64,000 nt of DNA from Candidatus Pacearchaeota archaeon (lineage in GTDB: Archaea > Nanobdellota > Nanobdellia > Pacearchaeales > JAPDKA01): assembly GCA_038890875.1 (NCBI GenBank), contig JAWAFA010000001.1:419910-483909 (forward strand), given 5' to 3'. Numbering within the stretch: the first letter of the stretch is position 1; every line of letters starts with the position of its first letter. Positions 28,619 to 37,929 of the stretch are shown one piece after another. A program made the translations under genes and the position numbers. The notes under the pieces were generated by a model, which worked only from the letters and a program-made list of their open reading frames with translations, did not search any database and was not told the DNA's origin.

Positions 28619-30334
28619 ATGGTAACTAAAACAAAAAACTTAAAAACAATACTTGTGGCTGGGCAGGCAGGACAAGGAATTGATAAAACTTCTGACATCA
28701 TTTGTTTAGCTTTGACAAAACTTGGGTATTATGTCTTTAATTATCGTTATTATCAAACTATCATTACTGGTGGTAAAAACTTTAATGTTATTACATTTTC
28801 AGAGTCAGAGATTAATTGTCACGAAGATAACTATGATGTTGCAATTTTTTTGCATGAAGATATTGAAGATTATATAAAAAAGCTTAAAAGAAATGCTATA
28901 ATTATTTGTGATGAAAAGATAGCTGAAAATTATTTTTCTTCACTAAAAAAATTAAATGTTCATTTATTAACTATAGACTGTGAAAAAATAATGAAAAAAA
29001 ATGAATTAGCAAAAGTTGTTAAAAATTCTATTTTAATGGGTACTTTTGCTAATGCTTTAGGTATCCAACGTGAGGTTTTTTTTGAAATTTTTGAAACAGA
29101 ATTTAAAAAACTTTTAAAAGAAAATAAACTTGGTTTTGAGGAAGGTTATAAATTAGGTAAACGTTTGATAAAGTTAAGGCAAAGAAAGAAAAAAATTGTT
29201 TATTTCAAGGGTAATGATGCTATTGCTTATGCTTTTAGGCTTGCCGGTATTGATGCTTATCTTGCTTATCCAATGACTCCTTCAACAGGGCTTTTGCATA
29301 ATCTTGCTAAAACAAATGGCTTCGTTTATCAACCAGAAAATGAAATTGCTGTGATAAATGCAGCTCTTGGTATAGCTGCTTGTGGTAAAAAAGTTGCTAT
29401 AGGCTCGAGTGGAGGTGGTTTTGCTTTAATGATTGAAGCATTAAGTTTTGCTGGAATGGCAGAGCTACCACTTGTTATCTATCTTGTGTCAAGATATGGG
29501 CCATCAACAGGAGTTCCGCCATGCACAAGCCAAGCCGATTTAAAATTCGCCATAAATGCTGGGCATGGAAGCTTTGCTAAAATTGTGCTTAGTTTAAGTA
29601 CAATTGAAAATGCAATGATCAATGCGATTGATGCTTTTAACTTTGCTTATTCTTATAGAATACCTGTAATTTTATTAACTGACAAGCATTTTGCCGAAAG
29701 TGGCTTTAGTATGGAAGAAAAACAATTAAGAAAAATCGAAGCTTATGCATATAATTCTTTAAAAAAATTAGAAAAATTTAGGAATAAAAAACAAAAAGCA
29801 ATATTTAACTTAACTAAAAGTTATCCTTTAAATAATGAATTTGCTCCCTTGCCATTAATAGGCTATGATATTTTTAAATTAAATAGCTATGAGCATGATG
29901 AATATGGATTTTTTAGCGAAGACTCTAAGGTAATGAAGATGATGAGTATTAGAAGGAAAGAAAGAATTGATAAAATAAAGAAAATGTTAGAAAATAGATA
30001 TCAGGTGTATGGAAATAAAAATGCAAAAAATCTGATCATCTCATGGGGTTCCACTATCAATAGCTTGCTCGATTTTGTCAATGAAAATAAAAAATATAAG
30101 CTTATAGACATAGTTTCACTCTCTCCATTCCCAGAAATAAAAAATGAAATAAAAAAAGCAATAAAAAAGGCAAAAAATGTTTATGTTTTTGAATGTTCCC
30201 CAACCTCGCAGCTCAGTGATTTGATTGCTGAAAATACTGGCATAAAAATTCCTGATAAAAATAAGATTTTAAAATATGATGGTACGCCTTTCCTTCTCGA
30301 TGATATAAAAAAAGCACTGAAAACAAAAATATAA
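28619..30334 (+). CDS. korA: 2-oxoacid:ferredoxin oxidoreductase alpha subunit (fused gamma-alpha, Sulfolobus/Kor two-subunit type).
   Basis: N-terminal gamma-domain GQAGQGIDK. Alpha-domain GNDAIAYAFRLAGIDAYLAYPMTPST. Immediately followed by the TPP-binding beta subunit. Confidence 0.8.
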   Translation: MVTKTKNLKTILVAGQAGQGIDKTSDIICLALTKLGYYVFNYRYYQTIITGGKNFNVITFSESEINCHEDNYDVAIFLHEDIEDYIKKLKRNAIIICDEKIAENYFSSLKKLNVHLLTIDCEKIMKKNELAKVVKNSILMGTFANALGIQREVFFEIFETEFKKLLKENKLGFEEGYKLGKRLIKLRQRKKKIVYFKGNDAIAYAFRLAGIDAYLAYPMTPSTGLLHNLAKTNGFVYQPENEIAVINAALGIAACGKKVAIGSSGGGFALMIEALSFAGMAELPLVIYLVSRYGPSTGVPPCTSQADLKFAINAGHGSFAKIVLSLSTIENAMINAIDAFNFAYSYRIPVILLTDKHFAESGFSMEEKQLRKIEAYAYNSLKKLEKFRNKKQKAIFNLTKSYPLNNEFAPLPLIGYDIFKLNSYEHDEYGFFSEDSKVMKMMSIRRKERIDKIKKMLENRYQVYGNKNAKNLIISWGSTINSLLDFVNENKKYKLIDIVSLSPFPEIKNEIKKAIKKAKNVYVFECSPTSQLSDLIAENTGIKIPDKNKILKYDGTPFLLDDIKKALKTKI

Positions 30335-30341
30335 AAGGAAA

Positions 30342-31172
30342 ATGGAAAACGAAAAAACTGTTTGTGAGAGTATTGAAAGTAGTTACAAAAAAACATGGTG
30401 CCCGGGATGCCCTAATTATATGCTTTTCCGATCTTATGTTGATGCACTTAATGATTTGATTAAGGAAAAAAAGCTTTCTCGAGAAAAAATTGTCCAAGTG
30501 TGCGGTATTGGCTGTCATGGAAAAGTTCATGATTATACAAATATCACGAGCATAAATGCCTTGCATGGTCGTGTCTTACCAGTAATTTTTGGTATTAAAG
30601 CTATGAAACCAGAAGTAAAAGTAATTGGAATAAGTGGGGATGGTGATAGTTACAATGAAGGTATCTCGCACTTAATTCATGCGGCTCGTTATAACATCGA
30701 TGCAACTTTTATTGTTCATAATAATCAATCTTTTTCCTTGACAGTAGGCCAACATACAGCAACCACTCAACAAGGTTTTCTGAGCAAGAGTTTGAGAAAT
30801 GCTGTTAAAGACGAACCTCTGAATCCACTAAAACTAATGTTAAGTCTAGATACAAGTTTTGTAGCACGCTGTTATGCTCTTGAAATTGAACATACTAAAA
30901 ATATTATGAAAGAAGCATTCATGCATAAAGGATTTAGCTTTATCGAAGTTTTACAGCCTTGCATTGTTTTTAATGATTCAAGAGAATATATAAGTAAGAG
31001 AATTTATAAACTAAACAGACATAACATAAGTTCTTTCGAGCAAGCATGGAAAAAAGCTTGTGAGTGGGATTACAATTTCTCCGAAGAAGCAAAAATTCCT
31101 ATAGGGATTTTTTATAAGAAAGTAAAACCAACCTTTGCAGAAAAATACAACTTGGAAATTAATAAAGAATAA
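30342..31172 (+). CDS. korB: 2-oxoacid:ferredoxin oxidoreductase beta subunit (TPP-binding).
   Basis: WCPGCPN and GISGDGD (TPP motif). Confidence 0.85.
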   Translation: MENEKTVCESIESSYKKTWCPGCPNYMLFRSYVDALNDLIKEKKLSREKIVQVCGIGCHGKVHDYTNITSINALHGRVLPVIFGIKAMKPEVKVIGISGDGDSYNEGISHLIHAARYNIDATFIVHNNQSFSLTVGQHTATTQQGFLSKSLRNAVKDEPLNPLKLMLSLDTSFVARCYALEIEHTKNIMKEAFMHKGFSFIEVLQPCIVFNDSREYISKRIYKLNRHNISSFEQAWKKACEWDYNFSEEAKIPIGIFYKKVKPTFAEKYNLEINKE

Positions 31173-31199
31173 ATAAGAAAATTTAATAATAAAAATAAG

Positions 31200-31955
31200 T
31201 TAATAGAGACTAAAGCGACATTCTTGAGAATCCTGAACTTGCTCATTATAACTTGAGTCACCTTTATAAAAAATTAAATTATAAAAAACAGCCCCATTCA
31301 CCCCTTTATCAGTTATTTGAGCTTCATGCATCACCTCCTTTGCATCATAAGTAAGCTCTGCCTTTCCGCTTAATTTAACTCCAGTTTCAAATTCTTCTGG
31401 AGATTTTACATAAGGATTTAATTCAATTTTTACTACATACCCTTTGTTTATTTCAGCTAATTTATTAGCATACTCTTGCCACTTTTTTTCTTGCCTTTCA
31501 GCAAGATATTTCCCAATTTTAACCCCAATCGCAGGAAAACCAAGACCTGCAATCACTAGTTGATGCGCTAGCTCTTCAAGTTTTCTTTCCAGTAGGGTTG
31601 GTGGAGAAACATGCCTCACTGAAGTATACTTTTTTATTGCATCATAAATAACAACTTCTTCATTAACATTTCTTACTTCTACCCCTTTAGGAATGATTAA
31701 ATAAATTCTTGAATCTTGACTTAAATTAATAAAATTTATTTTTCCTAAAGCTCTATCAAGAGTAAGATTTTTAACATCAGCAAAAGTTTCTGGCTTTTCA
31801 TAATCGATTATGATGTCAAAATTATTTCCATAGCAATTAACACCAACTTGCACAGCTTTATTCAAAACATAATAATTTTTTAATTCAGCTTTAATTGGAG
31901 AAAACATAAAAAATAAACTTAACAATGAAATTTTTATTTTTTGCCTCATTTTCAA
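31200..31955 (-). CDS. Secreted hypothetical protein.
   Basis: Signal peptide MKMRQKIKISLLSLFFMFSPIKA. No family match. Confidence 0.35.
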   Translation of the reverse strand: MKMRQKIKISLLSLFFMFSPIKAELKNYYVLNKAVQVGVNCYGNNFDIIIDYEKPETFADVKNLTLDRALGKINFINLSQDSRIYLIIPKGVEVRNVNEEVVIYDAIKKYTSVRHVSPPTLLERKLEELAHQLVIAGLGFPAIGVKIGKYLAERQEKKWQEYANKLAEINKGYVVKIELNPYVKSPEEFETGVKLSGKAELTYDAKEVMHEAQITDKGVNGAVFYNLIFYKGDSSYNEQVQDSQECRFSLY

Positions 31956-31960
31956 GCAAA

Positions 31961-32401
31961 CTAACTCTGTAAATTTTTAATTTCTTCTTCAATGATTTTG
32001 ATTTCGTTAAGAATTTTTTGCGCTTCATTGCTAAGAATAGTTTTTAACATTGAAAGTTCTTCTATTCTTGCTTCAATAATCTTTTTAGCATCTTCAGAAC
32101 TCTTTTCTAAAATAACATTCTTACCAACATTTATTAATACTTTATCATTTTCTAATGCTTTAGCCATCACAAAAATACCTTCAGCCAGATTCGCGAGTAT
32201 TTCTTTATCTTTAATTTTTTTTACTTCATTTAAATTTTGTTTTGTTAATTCGAGACTGATAATGTTTTGTTCAAGTATTGCATATTGTTCTTCTATTCTC
32301 CTCAACTCTTGATCAAGTGCTAAAAGCTGTAAACCTCTTTCCTGAATTATTCTTTTTTCTTCTTTTTCTTTTGCTTGTTTTTCTTTACTCTCTTTTTCCA
32401 T
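31961..32401 (-). CDS. pfdA: Prefoldin alpha subunit.
   Basis: Coiled coil - beta hairpin - coiled coil. Central EILANLAEGIFVMAKALENDKVLINVGKNVILEKSSEDAKK matches the prefoldin-alpha hairpin. Confidence 0.6.
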   Translation of the reverse strand: MEKESKEKQAKEKEEKRIIQERGLQLLALDQELRRIEEQYAILEQNIISLELTKQNLNEVKKIKDKEILANLAEGIFVMAKALENDKVLINVGKNVILEKSSEDAKKIIEARIEELSMLKTILSNEAQKILNEIKIIEEEIKNLQS

Positions 32402-32413
32402 TTATCTTTTATC

Positions 32414-32881
32414 TTACTGTATTTTTAAAACTTTCCTTAAAACAATATTAAAAATCGAAGTAAAAATTATGAATGAAAGCAACCAGCCAGCACCATCCCC
32501 AACAATAGGCAAATTAGCTCCCCAACTTATTATATTCCCAACACCAGCAGCATCATAACTTTTTTTCAAAAACCAGAAAATAAAAATTAAAGGTAATAAT
32601 ATGATTAACAATGGTTTTATGCTTAATCTCATATTTTCCATACTTAACTTTACTAATTCATTATTCAATTCTTTTATCCTTTTTATATCGTTTGTTTTTT
32701 TCAATTCATCGCTGATAGTTTTCTGTTTTTCTTTTATCTCTTTTATCCTTCCCTGATCACTCAATACTTTGAACACCAAAACCTGAAAGAAAGTAATTAA
32801 TAATGAAATAATGATTATGCTAATTAAGCCAGGAGGTAGGCCTCCCAAACTATATGCAATAAATTCTGTCCAAAAACTCAT
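32414..32881 (-). CDS. DUF106 / EMC3-TMCO1-like membrane protein (archaeal YidC/Oxa1-like insertase candidate).
   Basis: TM1, then charged coiled-coil (KEIKEKQKTISDELKK...), then two further TM helices. 155 aa. Confidence 0.4.
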   Translation of the reverse strand: MSFWTEFIAYSLGGLPPGLISIIIISLLITFFQVLVFKVLSDQGRIKEIKEKQKTISDELKKTNDIKRIKELNNELVKLSMENMRLSIKPLLIILLPLIFIFWFLKKSYDAAGVGNIISWGANLPIVGDGAGWLLSFIIFTSIFNIVLRKVLKIQ

Positions 32882-32882
32882 T

Positions 32883-33173
32883 TTATTTTTTGTAATATTT
32901 TTTTACTACATTTATCAATCTTAAAAATAAAAACTCTTCATTTTCAAATATCTTCTTTTTTTCACTTTCATTCATTGGCGCTTCATTGAGGATATTTCTT
33001 AACTTTTCAACAAATCGATCTCTTCTAGACATATCAAGAATAGCCCAAACTTCATAGTTATTGTTAGGTAAGATAACCCCAATCTTTTCACATCCATCTC
33101 TCTCGTAATAAATATTATATCCTAACTCTACTTTGAATTTTTTTTCATTTTCCCTTTCGATATGCTCTTTCAT
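32883..33173 (-). CDS. Hypothetical 96-aa protein, last gene of the RSH-like module.
   Basis: 20-nt gap after the RSD gene. No motif recognised. Confidence 0.3.
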   Translation of the reverse strand: MKEHIERENEKKFKVELGYNIYYERDGCEKIGVILPNNNYEVWAILDMSRRDRFVEKLRNILNEAPMNESEKKKIFENEEFLFLRLINVVKKYYKK

Positions 33174-33193
33174 TTTAACTTTTTTAAACTTAT

Positions 33194-34273
33194 CTAACTT
33201 TGTTTTTCTTCATTTTCTTTTTCCATAATATAATTGTATAGCCCCTTTATAATTTTTTGTTTCTCTTTTGGGATATTCACTTTATTTAGATTTTCTTTAT
33301 ATCTTTCCAAATAAGCATTTCCAAACTCATTATTCTCTAAACTTTCTTTATCTGTAAATCTTACTTCAATACCTTCAATAACATTCGGCTGTCTTAAATT
33401 ATAATGCAAAGCATTATAACCGCTTTTTTCTTTTTTTTCTACACATTCTTTTATACAAAAATATTTCCCAATTCTACTAATTATGCTTTCAGCCAATTTA
33501 TAAAACTCTTTTCCAAAAATTTTATATTTTAAGACAAAATTAACTCCGCCAAGATCATCAATACATAGTTCACTTTTAATTTCATTATTTTTTTGATCTT
33601 CAATATAGTTTTTAATGACCTTACAAATGTCACTATCTTGTAAAGTTTTAATTATGCATCCAGGAATTTCACGAATCTTCTCATGTATCCTTACATTATC
33701 AGTTTTTAATATCAATTTTTTTAAAATGCCATCGTACTTACTTAATGAATTAACTGCTACACTAGTCCTTATCCTGCTTTTTAATGAAGCATAACTATTT
33801 GTAATCCCCTCCTTTAGCGTTTTTATTTCTGACTCTAAACATATAATATCTACTCCAAATTTAAGAAAATTTGGAATTTCTTTTTCAATCTTTTGGGCAA
33901 TACCAAAAATCTTTTTTTTAATTACTTTGTCAAGAAAACTTTTAGATTTCTTTACTCTAGTTATTATTGCTTCAATATCTTTTGTATTTATTGGGTAATA
34001 CTTCATATCGATCTCCATATCATATCTCATATCTTTTTCTACTTTTTGATTTTTTAATAGTGCGGCATATTCACTTCTTTTTTCTAAAATTACATACTTG
34101 AATTTATTTTCTGGAATGAATAATCTCACTATTCTTTCTAGATTCTCTTTTGTTTTATTTCTCCTATCTTTTAAAAGCAAATAAATTGGTTCAAACAGGC
34201 TTTCATCATCTTCATTTATGCATTTATAAATATATTGCCCTACAGGTATTTCTGCAATTTCAATCCTTTCCAT
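33194..34273 (-). CDS. RelA/SpoT-homologue synthetase-domain (RSD) nucleotidyltransferase protein (small-alarmone-synthetase-like) with an about 170-aa N-terminal extension.
   Basis: C-terminal region SRIRTSVAVNS...IREIPGCIIKT...SGYNALHYNLRQPN...IEGIEVRFTDKES...NEFGNAYLERYK parallels RelA/SpoT synthetase motifs (RxKxxxSi, DixGiRvi, GYqSLH, vEvQIRT, AhhGxAAHwxYK). Confidence 0.6.
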   Translation of the reverse strand: MERIEIAEIPVGQYIYKCINEDDESLFEPIYLLLKDRRNKTKENLERIVRLFIPENKFKYVILEKRSEYAALLKNQKVEKDMRYDMEIDMKYYPINTKDIEAIITRVKKSKSFLDKVIKKKIFGIAQKIEKEIPNFLKFGVDIICLESEIKTLKEGITNSYASLKSRIRTSVAVNSLSKYDGILKKLILKTDNVRIHEKIREIPGCIIKTLQDSDICKVIKNYIEDQKNNEIKSELCIDDLGGVNFVLKYKIFGKEFYKLAESIISRIGKYFCIKECVEKKEKSGYNALHYNLRQPNVIEGIEVRFTDKESLENNEFGNAYLERYKENLNKVNIPKEKQKIIKGLYNYIMEKENEEKQS

Positions 34274-34274
34274 T

Positions 34275-35402
34275 TTATCGCAACGTTTTTTCCAATTTAT
34301 AAATTCCTGGAATTAATTTGAATTTTCTTCTTTTCATTTTTTCTGCAAATTTTTTAAACCCAATCAAATCAAGATGGGCTCTTAATTCAATATTGCTCGC
34401 ACTATCTAAATCTAAACCTAAAGTTTCCTCTTTTGCATAGCCAAGAAGAATTTTGCCATATCTCATCCATGTTCCATCAAGTAAATTAGGTGAAGGGAAA
34501 GTTGCTCTTTCAAAACCGCGGCTCTTATCATAATTAGCAACAAGTTCATAATTCTTCTTTATTACATCTTTCGTCAAGCTCACCATTTCTTCGAAATAGT
34601 ATGTCCATGCTTGCGCTCTTTCTTCGATACTTTCTACAAGTTTTCTCGTAAGACATTGCACTTTCTTATAGAACTTTTTCTCTTTCTTTAATCCCTTAAT
34701 CTTTGTTTTAACTTCATTTGTTAAGAGGAGACCTTTATAAAATGAATAAAGAGCTGATTGAACATTAAAAGGGCTCTTTTCTGCTTCAAGTGGTGTTGGC
34801 AAGGATTTAATATTATCGAGCATGTCGGCAAGTTTTATTTCTATAGAACGCATAATGATTATATTTTTATCTTTGTGATTAAATCGGTATTCAATAAAAT
34901 CTTTTATTTTATCTACCCTAGCCTTATTATTCCCATTTTGTTCTATTTGTTTTTTTATTTTTTCATTTAACTCATTGATTACTTCTTTGTTATAGAAGAG
35001 ATTGTAGAGATAGTCAAAATAGGTTTGGTTTGGTTGTTTTGTTAATCTATATACAAGTTGTAAGATAAAGTTATAATCTCTTTTATATTTTTCATCGAGC
35101 AAGTTAAATCTCTCATAAAGCTCATAAAGTTTAAATGCAAAAGCTGTTAGCTCTTGCCAAAAATTATTGATATCACTTTTACCCTTTATCTTTTCTTCAA
35201 TCGTGTCATGAAGTAAAGCAGACGCTTTAATGATATAACTTTCACTTATCTGATTTAAGTAGCGGCAAACATTTTTAGGATGTTCAATAAATGGACTACC
35301 ATTTTTTCTGAAACTTCCTTTATGATAAGTCAAGGCTAAGCCTTCAAACTCATCAATAAGCTTTTTTTCCAAATCTTCAAATTTAATATTCATATTTTTC
35401 AT
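34275..35402 (-). CDS. RelA/SpoT-type HD-domain (p)ppGpp-hydrolase-like protein (SAH-like) with an about 180-aa C-terminal extension.
   Basis: GSPFIEHPKNVCRYL...ASALLHDTIEE (HD motif as in Rel/SpoT: GePYIxHPLxVA...AALLHDvvED) and IEIKLADMLDNIKSL (Rel/SpoT KLADRLHNMRTL motif). 1-nt spacing to the RSD gene. Confidence 0.65.
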   Translation of the reverse strand: MKNMNIKFEDLEKKLIDEFEGLALTYHKGSFRKNGSPFIEHPKNVCRYLNQISESYIIKASALLHDTIEEKIKGKSDINNFWQELTAFAFKLYELYERFNLLDEKYKRDYNFILQLVYRLTKQPNQTYFDYLYNLFYNKEVINELNEKIKKQIEQNGNNKARVDKIKDFIEYRFNHKDKNIIIMRSIEIKLADMLDNIKSLPTPLEAEKSPFNVQSALYSFYKGLLLTNEVKTKIKGLKKEKKFYKKVQCLTRKLVESIEERAQAWTYYFEEMVSLTKDVIKKNYELVANYDKSRGFERATFPSPNLLDGTWMRYGKILLGYAKEETLGLDLDSASNIELRAHLDLIGFKKFAEKMKRRKFKLIPGIYKLEKTLR

Positions 35403-35468
35403 TTTTGTATATTTAATAATTCAATATTTATAAACATTTTTATTTTTTATCACTTTAGAATTAAAAAA

Positions 35469-35891
35469 TTACTTACTTATTTTCTTTGTTAACTCTTCAA
35501 ATTTTCTAAGTTTTTCTTCCCCCATTTCAGCCTTAAGCTTTTCCCTTAACTTTTTGCTTTTTCTAATTCTAAGCATAATCAAATGTTCAAGAAAGTAGGT
35601 AAATATAAAAAATAAAAAAATTATTATTGCTGCTATAAGCGGGCCTAGCATTTTCAATAGCGCCCCAACAAGCATTGCTATTACACCAGTCATAGCCAAT
35701 ATTATAACAAGCCCTAAAGTAATAAAAAAAATAGTTATTGATGAAAAAAGAGTGATGTCTTTGATTATACTATAAAACCAGGCCAAAAAGAAAATCAGAA
35801 CAATCCCACACAACCCAAACAAAACTAGATCAGTACTTCTTGTTCCAAAGAGTGCTTGTAAAAGGCCTATCCATGAAAAAGTTAGAGGCAT
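35469..35891 (-). CDS. Small membrane protein, member of a four-gene paralogous tandem array (C-terminal ...KLRKFEELTKK).
   Basis: 3-4 TM helices. C-terminal amphipathic tail sharing the FEELTK motif with 36501..37046. Confidence 0.45.
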   Translation of the reverse strand: MPLTFSWIGLLQALFGTRSTDLVLFGLCGIVLIFFLAWFYSIIKDITLFSSITIFFITLGLVIILAMTGVIAMLVGALLKMLGPLIAAIIIFLFFIFTYFLEHLIMLRIRKSKKLREKLKAEMGEEKLRKFEELTKKISK

Positions 35892-35935
35892 AAATACTTA
35901 ATCAAAAAGATTTTAAATAATTTTTTGATTAATTA

Positions 35936-36499
35936 TTATTTGAATTTGCCAACTTCTTTTAATATTTCCATACCCTTCTTAATTTCTACTCCTTTTTTAT
36001 GCGCTTCTATCATTGCTTTTCTTCTAAAGATCCATTTGTTAAACCCAGATAAACCAAGATGAACAATTACTAAAGCAACAAAAGCACTTACTATGACTAT
36101 GGCAACAGCCAAAACACCAAGCCCAGCTGTGATGCCAAAGATATAATGTGCTAACTTCAAAATCCCTTTTGTTAAGGCTGCTATAACTGCCAAACCAAAG
36201 CCCAGAATGTAAGAAGTACTTTTCTTAAACATGGTGAAAGTTTCTATTATATCACTAAATGCAAAGAAAAGCATGAAAAAAATCACAACAAGGATTGTAA
36301 CAAAACGCCAATCAGCTCCGGTGGTTAGTGCACTATAGCCAAAAGCATCAGCAATCCACTTTCCTATGGCTCTGCCAATATCTCCAATTGAAGTAGCTTG
36401 TCCACCTTGTGCAAGAATAAAAGGCGAAATAAATAAAAAAGAGACTAGTAATAAAGCAATAAGTTTCCACGCTTTTTTACTTTTCATTTTCTTTTTCAT
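35936..36499 (-). CDS. Secreted/membrane protein, paralogue of 36501..37046 (signal peptide ending ILAQGGQ).
   Basis: Signal peptide + 4 TM. Shares N-terminal ...LAQGG and overall topology with the upstream paralogue. Confidence 0.45.
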   Translation of the reverse strand: MKKKMKSKKAWKLIALLLVSFLFISPFILAQGGQATSIGDIGRAIGKWIADAFGYSALTTGADWRFVTILVVIFFMLFFAFSDIIETFTMFKKSTSYILGFGLAVIAALTKGILKLAHYIFGITAGLGVLAVAIVIVSAFVALVIVHLGLSGFNKWIFRRKAMIEAHKKGVEIKKGMEILKEVGKFK

Positions 36500-36500
36500 T

Positions 36501-37046
36501 TTATTTTGTTAATTCTTCAAATTCTTTAAGTTTTCGCCATGCTGTTGCTGGTTCCATTGCTCCCTTCAAAGCTTCAGCCTTAACTTTTCTCTTGAGCGCC
36601 CACTTAAAAGCCTTATCAGAATACCATGCTAGTCCAATAAAAATTATAAATGCAAGCACAAGTTCAGCTGTAACTGCAAATGCACCTAATGTAGCTACTA
36701 ATCCAAGTAGTAAAGAAGCCAGATATGTTAGAGCTCTACTTAAAGCAATAATAAAACTCAAACCAATTGAAATTATTAATACTGTTCGGCGTGAAAAAAA
36801 AGGTGCAGTCAAAGCTAAAATATCAACAAAAGCCGATGCAAAAATCAAAATTAATAAGATAAAAAGTAATAATTGGCCGACAGTGGTTACATCAGAAAAA
36901 CCAAACAGCCATTTGAGCCATGTAGGTGTCTTAAGTGGTGCATTAAGCCCTCCCTGCGCCAAAACAAATGAGGGAAGAAATATGAACGCAAGCAAAAAAA
37001 TAATTGATATTGGAACAATAAATGAAAGCGATTTACTCTTTTTCAT
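36501..37046 (-). CDS. Secreted/membrane protein, paralogue (signal peptide ending FVLAQGG; C-terminal KLKEFEELTK).
   Basis: Same architecture as 35936..36499. Same C-terminal motif as 35469..35891. Confidence 0.45.
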   Translation of the reverse strand: MKKSKSLSFIVPISIIFLLAFIFLPSFVLAQGGLNAPLKTPTWLKWLFGFSDVTTVGQLLLFILLILIFASAFVDILALTAPFFSRRTVLIISIGLSFIIALSRALTYLASLLLGLVATLGAFAVTAELVLAFIIFIGLAWYSDKAFKWALKRKVKAEALKGAMEPATAWRKLKEFEELTK

Positions 37047-37064
37047 TATAAAATATTAAAATGC

Positions 37065-37385
37065 CTATTTAAAAACTTTTTGTTTACTCTTGCCAATACC
37101 TAGATGCCTAAGCATAAACAATATAAAAATTATGGCAAGCACTATAGCAAGAGCTACTGCAAAGCCGCCTGCACTGACTTGCAAGATCTTAAGCGCAAGA
37201 GCTCGTGTCAAGCCTGTCTGCAAGGCAATTAGTGTTATTATTAAAGCTATGATTGCTGCGAAGGGTTTTTTAAACAAGCGCAATCTACTCAGAATATCAA
37301 AAAGAATAACGAAGATGATCAAAATTAGTATAAAAATTAAAATATTTTGCGTTACACTTTCGCCGAGCACTTTTGCAAGCACCAT
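37065..37385 (-). CDS. Small membrane protein, probable fourth member of the paralogous array.
   Basis: TM pattern ALQTGLTRALALKILQVSAGGFAVALAIVLAIIF aligns with the core helices of the other three. Confidence 0.4.
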   Translation of the reverse strand: MVLAKVLGESVTQNILIFILILIIFVILFDILSRLRLFKKPFAAIIALIITLIALQTGLTRALALKILQVSAGGFAVALAIVLAIIFILFMLRHLGIGKSKQKVFK

Positions 37386-37508
37386 AAAAACTTAATTATT
37401 TGAATTTAAATAAATTACTCCAAATTAAAATTTAAAGTTTTATGAAAAAGTTTTAAAATAGTAAGAAATATAAAGGAGATAGGATAAAAGAAAAAAATAA
37501 AGAAGAAA

Positions 37509-37928
37509 ATGGGGTTGAAAGTAAATAAGCTTGTGAAAAAGCGAAAGAAGTTTAGGTGGAATGATAAAACATTTAGAAAGAAGGCACTTGGATTAGATGT
37601 AAGTACAGACCCCCTTGAAGGAGCCCATCAAGCAAGAGGTATTGTTCTCGAGAAAGTGCAATTAGAAGCGAGGCAGCCTAACTCCGCAATGCGAAAATGT
37701 GTTCGTGTTCAGCTCTTGAAAAATAATAAGATGATTACCGCTTTCGCTCCAGGAGACAGGGCAATTAAATTTATCGATGAGCACGACGAGGTTATTGTTG
37801 AAAAGATTGGCGGAAAGCAAGGGCGTGCGAAAGGCGATATTCCTGGAGTTAGATTCAAAGTTATAAAAGTAAATGATCAACCATTGGAAATGCTTAGAAG
37901 AGGAAAAATAGAAAAGGCGAGGCGTTAA
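37509..37928 (+). CDS. rps12: 30S ribosomal protein S12 (uS12).
   Basis: [27 protein letters not shown] and KVNDQPLE. Confidence 0.95.
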   Translation: MGLKVNKLVKKRKKFRWNDKTFRKKALGLDVSTDPLEGAHQARGIVLEKVQLEARQPNSAMRKCVRVQLLKNNKMITAFAPGDRAIKFIDEHDEVIVEKIGGKQGRAKGDIPGVRFKVIKVNDQPLEMLRRGKIEKARR

Positions 37929-37929
37929 A

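Noticed and set aside
28516-28701. 61-aa minus-strand ORF overlapping the korA start.
   Set aside because: Overlaps the conserved N-terminus of KorA and its promoter region. No support.
36592-37395. Plus-strand ORFs 36592..37059 and 37090..37395.
   Set aside because: Antisense to the paralogous membrane-protein genes. The hydrophobic minus-strand frames have far better gene-like properties.
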